From: Octopus sinensis
Taxonomy: Eukaryota
Assembly: GCF_006345805.1 (NCBI RefSeq)
Contig: NC_043000.1
Coordinates: 75,764,001-75,828,000 of the forward strand
DNA: 64,000 nt
Direction: 5' to 3'
Part shown: positions 48,240 through 59,004 of the stretch, in pieces
Layout of the letters: each line of letters starts with the position of its first letter
How positions within the stretch are numbered: the first letter of the stretch is position 1
Program-made: the position numbers and the translations under genes
The notes under the pieces: model-generated
What the model saw: the letters and a program-made list of their open reading frames with translations, nothing else
What the model was told of the DNA's origin: nothing
Databases searched by the model: none

Positions 48240-48730
48240 TCTATATATATATAAAGCTGAAGTTGTCTGTGTGTGGCAGGTTTGGTAGCCTTCAACTAAC
48301 ACTATCTCCTCCAAGACCCTGTGGCGCAAGTTGACCACAATTGAGAATATGATAGAAGAAGGCTTGCTCTTCATTCTGTAGAAGAAAAAATTCAAATTGG
48401 ACCATGTTAACACTAAAAATTATTTACATCAAAAAGGTGCCTTTCTTCTACGAAAATCCCTATTTTTTACGACTTTTTTACTACTGTGTGAATCCCGAAA
48501 ACTTGAGAACTACACAACCAATTTCATTCAAATTTTATACATGCTTTAGGGTCCATGTAGTGTTAAGGGGGGAAAAATGTTTAACTTCTTGCCATGTCGA
48601 GTCCACAGCAATATCATATCTTCTCCACTGTTTCAGTATTACGTGTCAAAAGTGAAACAAAGACATCTCTCTATTATAATGTCAGATGCTATCACTTTAA
48701 TAGTTTCACTTTAATACTGAAACTATTAAA
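48240..48730 (-). mobile_element. Helitron/HINE-like 3' portion
   Basis: Reverse complement ends CACACAGACAACTTCAGCTTTATATATATATAG, the same end style as the other HINE-like copies. Confidence 0.5.
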
Positions 48731-48904
48731 GTAAAACTATTATATAAGTGGGATGAACTGTAAGTAAACATTATAGCACAGGGTTAAGTAAATTGGTTTA
48801 GTATCTAAAAGACAACAATAAGGATTTTAAGTTAGATTGGCCCATCTTGTCCACCTCTTACCCTTATGACAAGGGCAAAGGATTTGGTAACATTTGCAAC
48901 TCTG

Positions 48905-48907
48905 AAC

Positions 48908-48939
<32 letters not shown>

Positions 48940-48965
48940 TATATATATGTAGATATCTATATGTA

Positions 48966-49029
<64 letters not shown>

Positions 49030-49960
49030 AAGCAAGTGAAATTAAAATCAAAATCAAATTCGATGACTGGCAACCGTGCTAGCGGGATGCAAAGAGCATC
49101 ATACGAGTGTGATCATTGACTGAGTGGCCAAACGGCTTCCGTGCCAGTGGCACTTAAAAGGCACCATTCGAGTGTGATCGTTACCAGCATCGCCTTACTG
49201 GCACTGGAGCCCCGTGCTAGTAAGGTATTAAGAGGACCATTCGAGCATGATTGTTGCCACAGCAGCTATCAGGCCTCCGTGCTGGTGGTATATAAAAGAC
49301 ACCATCCAAGCGTGACCGTTACCAGCATCGCTTTACTGGCACCTGTGCCAGTAGTATGTGTAAACAATTGAAGCGAGGTCATTGCCAGTGCCGCATGACT
49401 GACCCCGTGCTGATGTCACATACAAGCACTCATTACATTTTCGGAGTGGTTGGCGTTAGGGCATTCAGCTGCAGAAACTCTGCCAGATCAAGATTGGAGT
49501 CTGGTGCAACCATCTAATTCGCCAGCCCTCACTCAAATTGGGCAACCCATGCTGGCATGGAAAGTGGATGTTAAACGATGATGGTGATATATATACATAT
49601 ATATACACATACATATATATATATATATACACAAACATATATATAGACATATATACACACACACATATATATACACACATATATATAGACATATATATAC
49701 ACACACACATATATATACATATATATATACATATATAGATACACATATATATATACATATATATATACATATATAGATATATATGTATAAAAAATATATA
49801 TAAAAATACAAAATGGGACAAAAATGCAAAACATTCAAATAGACGACACAAAAAACTCTATATATATATATATATATATACACATACACACATATATATA
49901 TACATATGCATATATACATGTGCATATATACATGTGCATATATACATATACATATAAACA

Positions 49961-49991
<31 letters not shown>

Positions 49992-50073
49992 GTACATATA
50001 TATATACATATAAACATATATACATATACATATATATATACATATATATACACATTTATATATATACACATAT

Positions 50074-50110
<37 letters not shown>

Positions 50111-50953
50111 TTGAAGCAAGTGAAATTAAAATCAAAATCAAATTCGATGACTGGCAAACCGTGCTAGCGGGATGCAAAGAGCATCATACGAGTGTGATCA
50201 TTGACTGAGTGGCCAAACGGCTTCCGTGCCAGTGGCACTTAAAAGGCACCATTCGAGTGTGATCGTTACCAGCATCGCCTTACTGGCACTGGAGCCCCGT
50301 GCTAGTAAGGTATTAAGAGGACCATTCGAGCATGATTGTTGCCACAGCAGCTATCAGGCCTCCGTGCTGGTGGTATATAAAAGACACCATCCAAGCGTGA
50401 CCGTTACCAGCATCGCTTTACTGGCACCTGTGCCAGTAGTATGTGTAAACAATTGAAGCGAGGTCATTGCCAGTGCCGCATGACTGACCCCGTGCTGATG
50501 TCACATACAAGCACTCATTACATTTTCGGAGTGGTTGGCGTTAGGGCATTCAGCTGCAGAAACTCTGCCAGATCAAGATTGGAGTCTGGTGCAACCATCT
50601 AATTCGCCAGCCCTCACTCAAATTGGGCAACCCATGCTGGCATGGAAAGTGGATGTTAAACGATGATGGTGATATATATACATATATATACACATACATA
50701 TATATATATATATATACACAAACATATATATAGACATATATACACACACACATATATATATATACACACATATATATAGACATATATATACACACACACA
50801 TATATATACACACATATTTATATACTTATATACATACAGATATTAATATACTTATATATATACATATATAGATATATATGTATAAAAAATATATATAAAA
50901 ATACAAAATGGGACAAAAATGCAAAACATTCAAATAGACGACACAAAAAACTC

Positions 50954-50985
<32 letters not shown>

Positions 50986-51059
50986 CACACATATATATAT
51001 ACATATGCATATATACATGTGCATATATACATGTGCATATATACATATACATATAAACA

Positions 51060-51090
<31 letters not shown>

Positions 51091-51460
51091 GTACATATAT
51101 ATATATACATATAAACATATATACATATACATATATATATACATATATATACACATTTATATATATACACATATATATATATATATATACACATATATAT
51201 ATATACATATATATACATATATATATACATATAAATATACACATATATATATATACATATATATATACACATATATATATACACATATATATATACATAT
51301 ATATATACATAGACACATATATACATATATATATATATATTTACACATATATATATACATATATATATACACATATATATATACATATATATATACATAT
51401 ACATATATACATATATATATATACATATACATATATATATACATATACATATATATGTCA
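48905..51460. repeat. TA/CATA microsatellite field containing two near-identical ~0.85-kb blocks (RTE 3' UTR + flank)
   Basis: 49027-49860 matches 50110-50955; one A indel seen in the RTE part. Confidence 0.9.
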
Positions 51461-51809
51461 CCCCTAAATATCCCTTTATTATTATGTGCTGATAATTTCT
51501 CCATGTTACTATGATAATTTTGCCCGTCCATGTCCTCGCTCTCTCCTATATCAACCTTCGCGTATTCCCGGTGCGCCCGCCCTTGCCCACCCCCACCACC
51601 AATACCGGATATCTCTATATTTTTGCTCCATCTATACCAGATGTCGCTTCTCCCACCACCATTATAGGCGTCTACTCTTCGACCCCCCCTCTTCAATACG
51701 CTATTTCACCATGCATTACCCCTCTCGTGATATCCTACGTTCTACTTGTCTAGAACCTGTCATCGTTTCACCGAACACCCCTCCCCACTGGTGCTCCTCT
51801 ATATTCCTG

Positions 51810-52130
51810 CACCCCCCACACATAAAAAGCACCATCCGAACGTGGCCGATGCCAGCGCCGCCCCAACTGGCTTCTGTGCAGGTGGCACATAAAAAGCACC
51901 AACCGACCGTGGCTGATGCCAGACCCCTCTGGCTCCTGTGCAGGTGGCACGTAAAAAGCACCCACTACACTCGCGGAGTGGTTGGCGTTAGGAGGGGCAT
52001 ACAGCTGTAGAAACACTGCCAGACCAGACTGGAGCCTAGGGCAGCCCCTGGCTCCCCAGACCCCGGTCGAACCGTCCAACCCGTGCTAGCGCGGAAACCG
52101 GACGTTAAACAATGATGATGATGATGATAT
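51810..52130 (+). mobile_element. RTE 3' tail
   Basis: GTGCAGGTGGCAC hairpin units and GGCGTTAGGAGGGGCATACAGCTGTAG...GTTAAACAATGATG. Confidence 0.8.
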
Positions 52131-52149
52131 ATATACATATACATATATA

Positions 52150-52400
52150 TATACCTATACGAAGCACCCATCATCTCTCCAACTTAAACTTTCATAAAGC
52201 CAACTGGATGTTGATTGAGAAAGAGATCCTCAAACAGGATTGGCCTGAATGTCTCTCCACACCGGACATAAACATGAAACACAAACACTTCATGTCCATA
52301 ATACAAGCCATATGTGACAAATATGTCCCAGTGTGCAGGGCCAGCACACACAAGAACAAAAACAGGATCCCTAGAGAAAGGAGGATTCTTATGAGACGAC
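52150..52400 (+). mobile_element. CR1/L2-group LINE ORF2 fragment, same family as 25630-29045
   Basis: LNFHKANW..IEKEILKQDWPECL...DINMK...FMS..ICDKYVP parallels 27215-27365; runs into the gap. Confidence 0.8.
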
Positions 52401-52500
52401 NNNNNNNNNNNNNNNNNNNNNNNNNNNNNNNNNNNNNNNNNNNNNNNNNNNNNNNNNNNNNNNNNNNNNNNNNNNNNNNNNNNNNNNNNNNNNNNNNNNN
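52401..52500. other. Assembly gap (100 N)
   Basis: Direct reading. Confidence 1.
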
Positions 52501-52598
52501 TATATATACACATAATTACATACATGCATATATATACAGAAAAATACTTAAAATCCCTACAAAACACATAAACATACAGATACACATAATTACATACA

Positions 52599-52652
<54 letters not shown>

Positions 52653-53063
52653 TACGTACACATGCATACATAATCATATATATAATATATATATATACAG
52701 AAGTCCGTCATACACACATATTTTACAAATTTAGAATATATTAATGAGTAGGAGGAGAAAACAAAAAATACTCGAGCTATTAACTGATCGATGAAATGAA
52801 AATATTACACAACTCGGTATAAAGTAGGCATAACTGGAGTAAGAGATCATTTGAGTGAATTCCCAGTTGATGGCAGTGTCTGTTAATGAATGAGAGAACA
52901 ATGTAAGTGTTGAGCAACACGTTTAAAATTAAGTCTTTTAGTTTCAAAACCATTTCGGAATATCGCAATTTGTACATTTTTACTTAACTAAACAGAGAAT
53001 TTAGGTGTAAAGTTGGCGATAATCAAATCTATCTACAAGGAATTGATTTTTCTTCAACCTTAC

Positions 53064-53219
53064 CTTAATATATAGTGTCAATAGCGGTGAGGACATTTGT
53101 GTGGAATTGGTCTTAGGAACACGTGTTGGAAAATGGAAGACTTTTGGATAGTTTTGTATTATAATTCCAGTAACATTTGGGTTGTTGCATAATAGCAATA
53201 TATAAACCAATATCAATAC
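53064..53219 (-). CDS. Candidate coding exon 3 (VLILVYILLLCNNPNVTGIIIQNYPKVFHFPTRVPKTNSTQMSSPLLTLYIK), signal-peptide-like start
   Basis: TGTCAG| acceptor, AAG|GTAAGG donor, 156 nt open in frame 0, phase-compatible with exon 2. Confidence 0.5.
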
Positions 53220-54162
53220 CTGACAAGCATTTTATTTTATCGACTCTAGAGAATGTTAATGTTTAAACAAAAGATTTATAGAAATAAAGATTATGAAATT
53301 TAGGCAGAAAAAATAATAGTAGAAGGAAATCATTAAATTAATAAAAATTGAAAACACGCACACTCCCTTAAAATATATATCACGCCAGAGAAAACTAGTG
53401 TTGGTTGTTTAACTACTGGCCAGCCCCGTTCGAGCAGATTAATACCAAAGATGTTCCAGCCTTGACCATCTAGTCTTTTCTTCGAGATTATATTATCCAG
53501 TATAATGGTAAGATATATTTTGAGCGAGATTTGGCTTGTTTCATTCAACCAGGCTAAGCGATCCCGTACAAGCTATGACAACATCAATAACATATAACGA
53601 TTATCTATTATAACATATATCAGGAATTACATTGAGCTAAATTTATTGACAGCTGTCACTAGGACGACATTAGCAACACAAGTGAGCATTTGAGATAGAA
53701 ACATGACTGAATGGATCGCAGTATATTACTGCTACATCCTATATATACACAAGAAATAAAGTGATGGTAATGTTAACTAATATCTAATCTGAATGACACT
53801 TAATGACACGCAATCATTCGACTTGCTAAAAATAGCAACCAAGTTTCTTTAATTCGCAAAACGACAATGGAGAATGTAGTCTCCGACAGGAAAAAACAGG
53901 GAAAGTCTTGATTGGAACACTTTTGATTACAACTGTTTTAAATGGGCTGGGGCAACAATTCCAGAGATTTGTTGCCTCAGCACATGGCAGAATGGAAATT
54001 CTAATCATATTCTGTATATATTCTTCCTTTATTAATGCTGCCCAACCATTTATCAATACAATAATGACAATATTATCTATGACAATAAAAAGAAACTGTC
54101 CCTTTTAAATATCAGCTGTGAAGTCGATGACGAGAGAGCCGAAAGATACGGTTCCGATTCAC

Positions 54163-54210
54163 GGAAGTAATCATTTCTTTCCCCAAATCCCACCGCTAAT
54201 CGTCGAGGTT
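54163..54210 (-). CDS. Candidate exon 2 carrying the start codon (ATG 54174-54172; MITS)
   Basis: TTTTCTTTCTTCAG| acceptor; TCC|GTGAAT donor, phase 0. Confidence 0.45.
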
Positions 54211-54291
54211 CTGAAGAAAGAAAAGCATGATCATGGAATCTTTATCAATATTGGATATCGAGTATCTCTAGGAATGTAGAATATAACTTAC

Positions 54292-54390
54292 CTTTTCCCG
54301 GATGTGTACATTAGAGAGCTTTTCAAGGTTTCCAGCAAAAATAAATAGATAAGCGACAGCAGGATCGAAATATTGCCGATATAAGGGTGG
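54292..54390 (-). other. Candidate first (5' UTR) exon; TSS not defined
   Basis: Perfect AAG|GTAAGT donor; 81-nt intron (54211-54291) to a strong acceptor. Confidence 0.55.
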
Positions 54391-54411
54391 GAGTGTATGT
54401 GTGTATATATA

Positions 54412-54457
<46 letters not shown>

Positions 54458-54694
54458 ATTCTGTCTCTGTGTGTATATATAAGTCGCTATCTAGAAATAT
54501 CTAAAGATAGGACAACAATCCAACATAAAGTAGTTGTCTGTTGACGACAGCTGATTCTACAACGTGAAATAATATCAATAACGTCAAATCGCGATTAAAA
54601 TATTCTGCGACAAATATTCCCTAATATTTCCACATTTCTTCACAAGAACTATAACATTTCTCATATACATACATATATAAGATATATATATATA

Positions 54695-54740
<46 letters not shown>

Positions 54741-56549
54741 ATATATATATATGTGTGTGTTGTGTGTATATATATGTGTGTGTGTATATGTATATATATA
54801 GGAATATATTTGGGGGAGTGTTCTAGAAGTGAATTTTAAATAATTTCCAGTTTGTAAAAATTAAGTAGAATAAATTAGAATCTAGTGTTGTATTTGTCGT
54901 CGATAAAACATTGTGAGACAAATAACCATTACAGTTGGTCTATCATTGTCTGCGGAACTACACTAGAGTCACTTCTGTGATAGTGATGGTGGTGGTGGGC
55001 GGAATCAGATAGTACGGGTGGTTGTACTGGTAATACAGATGGTCGTTATTGTGGTGCTGGTGATGATAGCGGTGGTAGTGATGGTGAGTTAGCTTCCTAA
55101 ATCTCTCTACAGGTCGTTGACGTACTTTTCTAACTGTTGCTACTCTTACTGCAGCTACTTTCACGTTACAACAACTGTTGGTATCGGTGCTAATGATGAT
55201 GATAGTTTTGTTGTTTTGCCTAAGGTCAGCTCGGATCAAGAAGACCGATAATCAAAGCTACTCCAGATGCGACCAATTTGTTTGAACACAGTGTATGACA
55301 GAATGATTAAACTATCTAATGTGTCCTTCCTTATTTAAAAAGTAAGGAAGACAAGTAGGGAAATTTTGGCTGCTATTTTTACCAGATCAAATAACCATGT
55401 TTGGCCTTTGCAGTGATGATGATGGTTGCAGGTTCCAGTCATCTGTGTGTGGTGTGATCACCTGATCTGACACCGGTAGGCGGAGCTTAAAGGAGGAGTT
55501 GTGGAACGCTGGTCGTTCGATCTGAAGTTTTAACTAATCTGACGTACATATCATCACGTTAAGGTTATGAGTGTGAGAAAGAGTAAAGAGAGTAGGGGAC
55601 TGAGAATGTAAGTGAGAGAAAGATATGTTTATAAAGACAGAGGAAGAAAGTTGGCAGAATTAGTACGACGTTGGATACAATCCTTGTATTTAGTTATAGA
55701 TCTTCGTGTTCTGAGTTTCAATACAAACGATGTCAATTTCATTTTACATGCTTCGAGTTGGAGATAAAATAAAAATATAAGTATTTAACTGGTGCCGAAA
55801 GAAGCTGAAGAACGATATAAGTAAACGAAGAAAAGGGGAAAGTGAGGGACGAGAAAATCAAAGGACAGACGAAAGAAGGAAAACAAAGAAAACTAAGTGT
55901 GAATGGCAGAAGGTGAAAGAAACATTATAGGTTGATGTGAATTGTGATATTGGTGAGTGTGGGAGATAAGAAGGGTAAAAGCTGCTTTTATTCCTTCGGA
56001 TCTGAATTTAGAAAATTTAATTGCTTAATAGTAGGGGAAGAACAGTACCCATAACCATTTTCAGGATCTCTGAGACTGGTGAAGGAAAGGATAAATATAT
56101 CATCAAACTCGAGTTTAGATGAATGAATTTAACAGGCCTTGGTAAAGGTACTTACTGGTCAAATGGTATTAAATAGGATAACTGTTCCGTACTAGTAATA
56201 CTACATGTTTACACTAATATTCACTTCTTCACTAAACAAGAACTGTACCTCAGTGAAAAGAAATTCACTTTTTTTATTATAAATATGTGATTATGTTTAT
56301 GTTAAATGGTTCTGTAAATGTAGGAGGATATAAAGTAATGTGGAAGCTCCTGTGGGGCTGGATGGCAGAATAAAACAGAAGTCAAATCTCTCTCAAGTCA
56401 TCCAATTATTGTAATAAAAACAACAAAACTTTTATTTTTGCTAAATCTGGAAGAAGGAGCAGAGCCCATGATTCTTGTAAGCCCTCCAAGACTAGTGAAA
56501 TTGGTATCATTAATATTTCATTTAAGCTTTCCTCCAGGAAAGATATGAG

Positions 56550-57300
56550 TGGAGAGGGGGTTCAAGTTTTGGGGGATAAAAGATTGGGCATAGTGGTTAG
56601 TGTAGGGGAAAGGGTTATATGCACTATGGGTGCCAAAAAGTAGAGATGAATGGGAATGGTGGAGGTATGAGATCCACCAGCTCTAAGGAGCATGCCATTA
56701 TAGTAGCAATAGAAACAAAAACAGAAAAGACTACATCTGTGAGCCAAAGACTTCAGTGTGTCTGCTAGCGATGGAGTACCAGTTAACCTAATGGCCTGAA
56801 TGAAGTCCAAGGTGTCAATGTGTGTAGTAGCATCACCATTCTAGCTGTGAGAGCAGTATCCATTGCAGGTCCCACTTGAGCATTGTGAAATGTCAGCAGC
56901 TGTTAAGGGTCTGAAATATCTTCTGGTGCCAAAGAGAAGGGTCAATCCTTGGGATACAGTATTAGCTATACTAAGGATGTATTTTCACTTGGAAAAATCT
57001 TCAGTGATAATGAGACATAGCATTTGGAACAACTGTTTAAGCTCTAACTGAGAGTTACTCGTGTTTACAGGGAGTGTGGTGAGGTAGTGTCTTCTTACTA
57101 TGAGTAGCGCTTGAAGTTTTTTTGCTGTTAAAAGAGATAAGGTTTATATGGTCCCACTGAAGGATGCTCTCAAGATCTCTATTTATGTAATCAATGCAGG
57201 TTTGGCATGAAATGTTTAGGTCATATATGAATGAAGCATGGCTTGGGAAGGAGTACAATAGTAGGCATCCATTGGTCTTGAAAGACCATGGATCTTTACC
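56550..57300 (-). mobile_element. CR1/L2-group LINE RT C-terminal relic
   Basis: INRDLESILQW...FNSKKT, ...YCSH..GD....LDFIQAIRL...LKSLAHR..FY.YY.G. Confidence 0.6.
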
Positions 57301-57339
57301 TGGAAAATTTTGTCAGCTGCTGATGGTGGTGCTACATCT

Positions 57340-58526
57340 GTTGTGCTGTAGAAGCTTACATGGGAGTGGCAATCATGCATACAGTGACTGCATTTGAAGA
57401 AGCTCTCTACTGGTGCTACTAGTTTTTCCTTTTGCTGAGTGTGCTTTTCTTGGGTGGTGAGTTCCTCTTTCTCTTCCCCTCACTTCATCCCCTTTTGCAG
57501 TATTTGTTTCCAGCATGGGTGATCATTTGCAACCTCCTCCCATCTCAGGATGTCCAGATCTATTGACTTCATATCTCTCTTAAAGACATCCTTGAAACTA
57601 AGATGAGGAGGTTCTCATGCTCTTGTGCTGGTGGCCAATTTCCCATACAGGAGGTCTTTTGGGATCCTCTCATATGTCATGTAATTTAAATGACTGAGCC
57701 AGTGCTGCAAGAGCAGGGTGAATATACTGGGGATCTTGGCACAGTTGATGACTTTGGTGTTGGTGATGCAGTCGGTCCACTTGATATCCAAGATGTGTTT
57801 CAAATTACAAAGGTGGAAGATGTTGAGACACTGCTCCTGTCTTGAGTAGAGGTTCCATGTCTCATTGCTGTAGTGTACTGAGGACGCATGCTTTTTAGAC
57901 CGCAGTCTTGGTGTTTGCAGCCAGTTTTGTTTTTCCAGACTCTTTGTGAGCTTGGCAATGTGGAGGATGCTCATCCAATTCACCTGCTGATGTCAGGATC
58001 CAGGGAGAGGTAATCAGAGATGGTAGAGCTGAGGTAGGTGAATTCATAGACTACCTCCAGCTTGTAGTTGTTGATGGGGATGATGGTGGGAGTGCTTGAC
58101 ACCTTGGCCCAGTACATTGGTCTTCTTTAGGCTGAATTCCTGACAGGCTCTGTGAGTTTGTCCACAAGGTGCTGCATTTGCTCCTTAGAGTGCACTGTCA
58201 GTGCTGAGTTGTCTGTGAGCAGTACCTAATGTACCGTGGATTTTACTTTCAACCTCAACAAACAAAATAGTTTACCATCTGATCTGGTGTGAAAGCAGAC
58301 ACCATCAGTTGATGTTCCAAATGTGTTTTTCAGTATGACTGCAAAGAAGATGCCAAACAGGGCGGGGGCAAGGATACAACCCTGTTTCATGCTGCTACAT
58401 ATGTTGAATGCCTCCAAAGAAGAGCCATCAAATTGAATGATGGCTTTCATATCCGTGTGAAATGACTGGACAATCCTAAAGAGTCTTGGAGGACAACCAA
58501 TCCTGATGAGGATTTTGAACAGGCTG
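57340..58526 (-). mobile_element. RTE-BovB-type LINE, RT C-half to C-terminal zinc finger
   Basis: LFKIL.RIGCPP...SFH.DM, KQGCILAPALFGIFF, TRSDGKLF.L.RLK.K, LLTDNSAL, YERIPKDLLYGKL, FKDVFKRDMK, CSHC. Confidence 0.75.
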
Positions 58527-59004
58527 GGGATATAAAGTAATTAATATTAACAGGAGTACAAGGTAATTAATTTTATTATGAGGACAAGGTAATTAATATT
58601 ATACTGTACAGAAGAAAAAGATAGAGTTCAAGGTAATGGACTAAAGTCCTTCGTGAAGTAGTGAAGAAAGGAAAATGAAAGAAGAAAGTTCTGTTGAGTC
58701 AGTGATTATAATGAAAGTTGCATGGTTAAATGTATAAGAGACATGGGTATTGTGGATTAGAGCTTTGCAGGTAAAAGGTTGCTTCTTGGGCAAGGGAGAA
58801 AATTTGCAAGAGCATGTGTGTGTTAAGAGAGAAGGTGTGTGTAGGGAAATGTGTATGCATATATAGGGGATTGTGTGTATGTGTGAATGTCCTGCTATGT
58901 AATGGTAAATGGGTGAAAGGTGAGTAGTATGTCTGCATGTGTTCAGTTGATTTATCAGTATATATGGGGTAGTCAGTAGGGAAAGAGTTAGTATAGAGAA
59001 AAAA

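Larger units (their letters stand above)
52750..56100. promoter_or_regulatory. CpG-enriched island, probable promoter region
   Basis: CpG visibly several-fold denser than in the unique DNA at 30.5-32.5 kb and 40.1-41.7 kb (eye count); contains the exon 1 donor, GGCGGAGC (~55488) and TGACGT (~55540). Confidence 0.5.

Noticed and set aside
48827-51514. Dozens of long YI/CV-rich ORFs (also 41767-42260, 19068-19786, 13293-14157 plus strand, 62774-63260)
   Set aside because: Translations of (TA)n/(CA)n/(ATT)n microsatellites or antisense frames of TEs.
51157-51810. Gly-rich ORF ([11 protein letters not shown]...) in C-rich unclassified DNA
   Set aside because: TTG start, runs into satellite, no recognisable domain; similar pyrimidine-rich tracts follow old RTE ends (38400-38870, 58620-58990).
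52790-52879. Strong-looking minus acceptor (TCATTAACAG) as exon 4 of the 54-kb gene
   Set aside because: Phase 0 from exon 3 hits a stop after 10 codons, and the open alternative frames lack a convincing phase-matched donor.
58503-58509. CTGATGA heptamer
   Set aside because: Antisense of BovB coding sequence (LIRIG), with no stem or GAAA partner.
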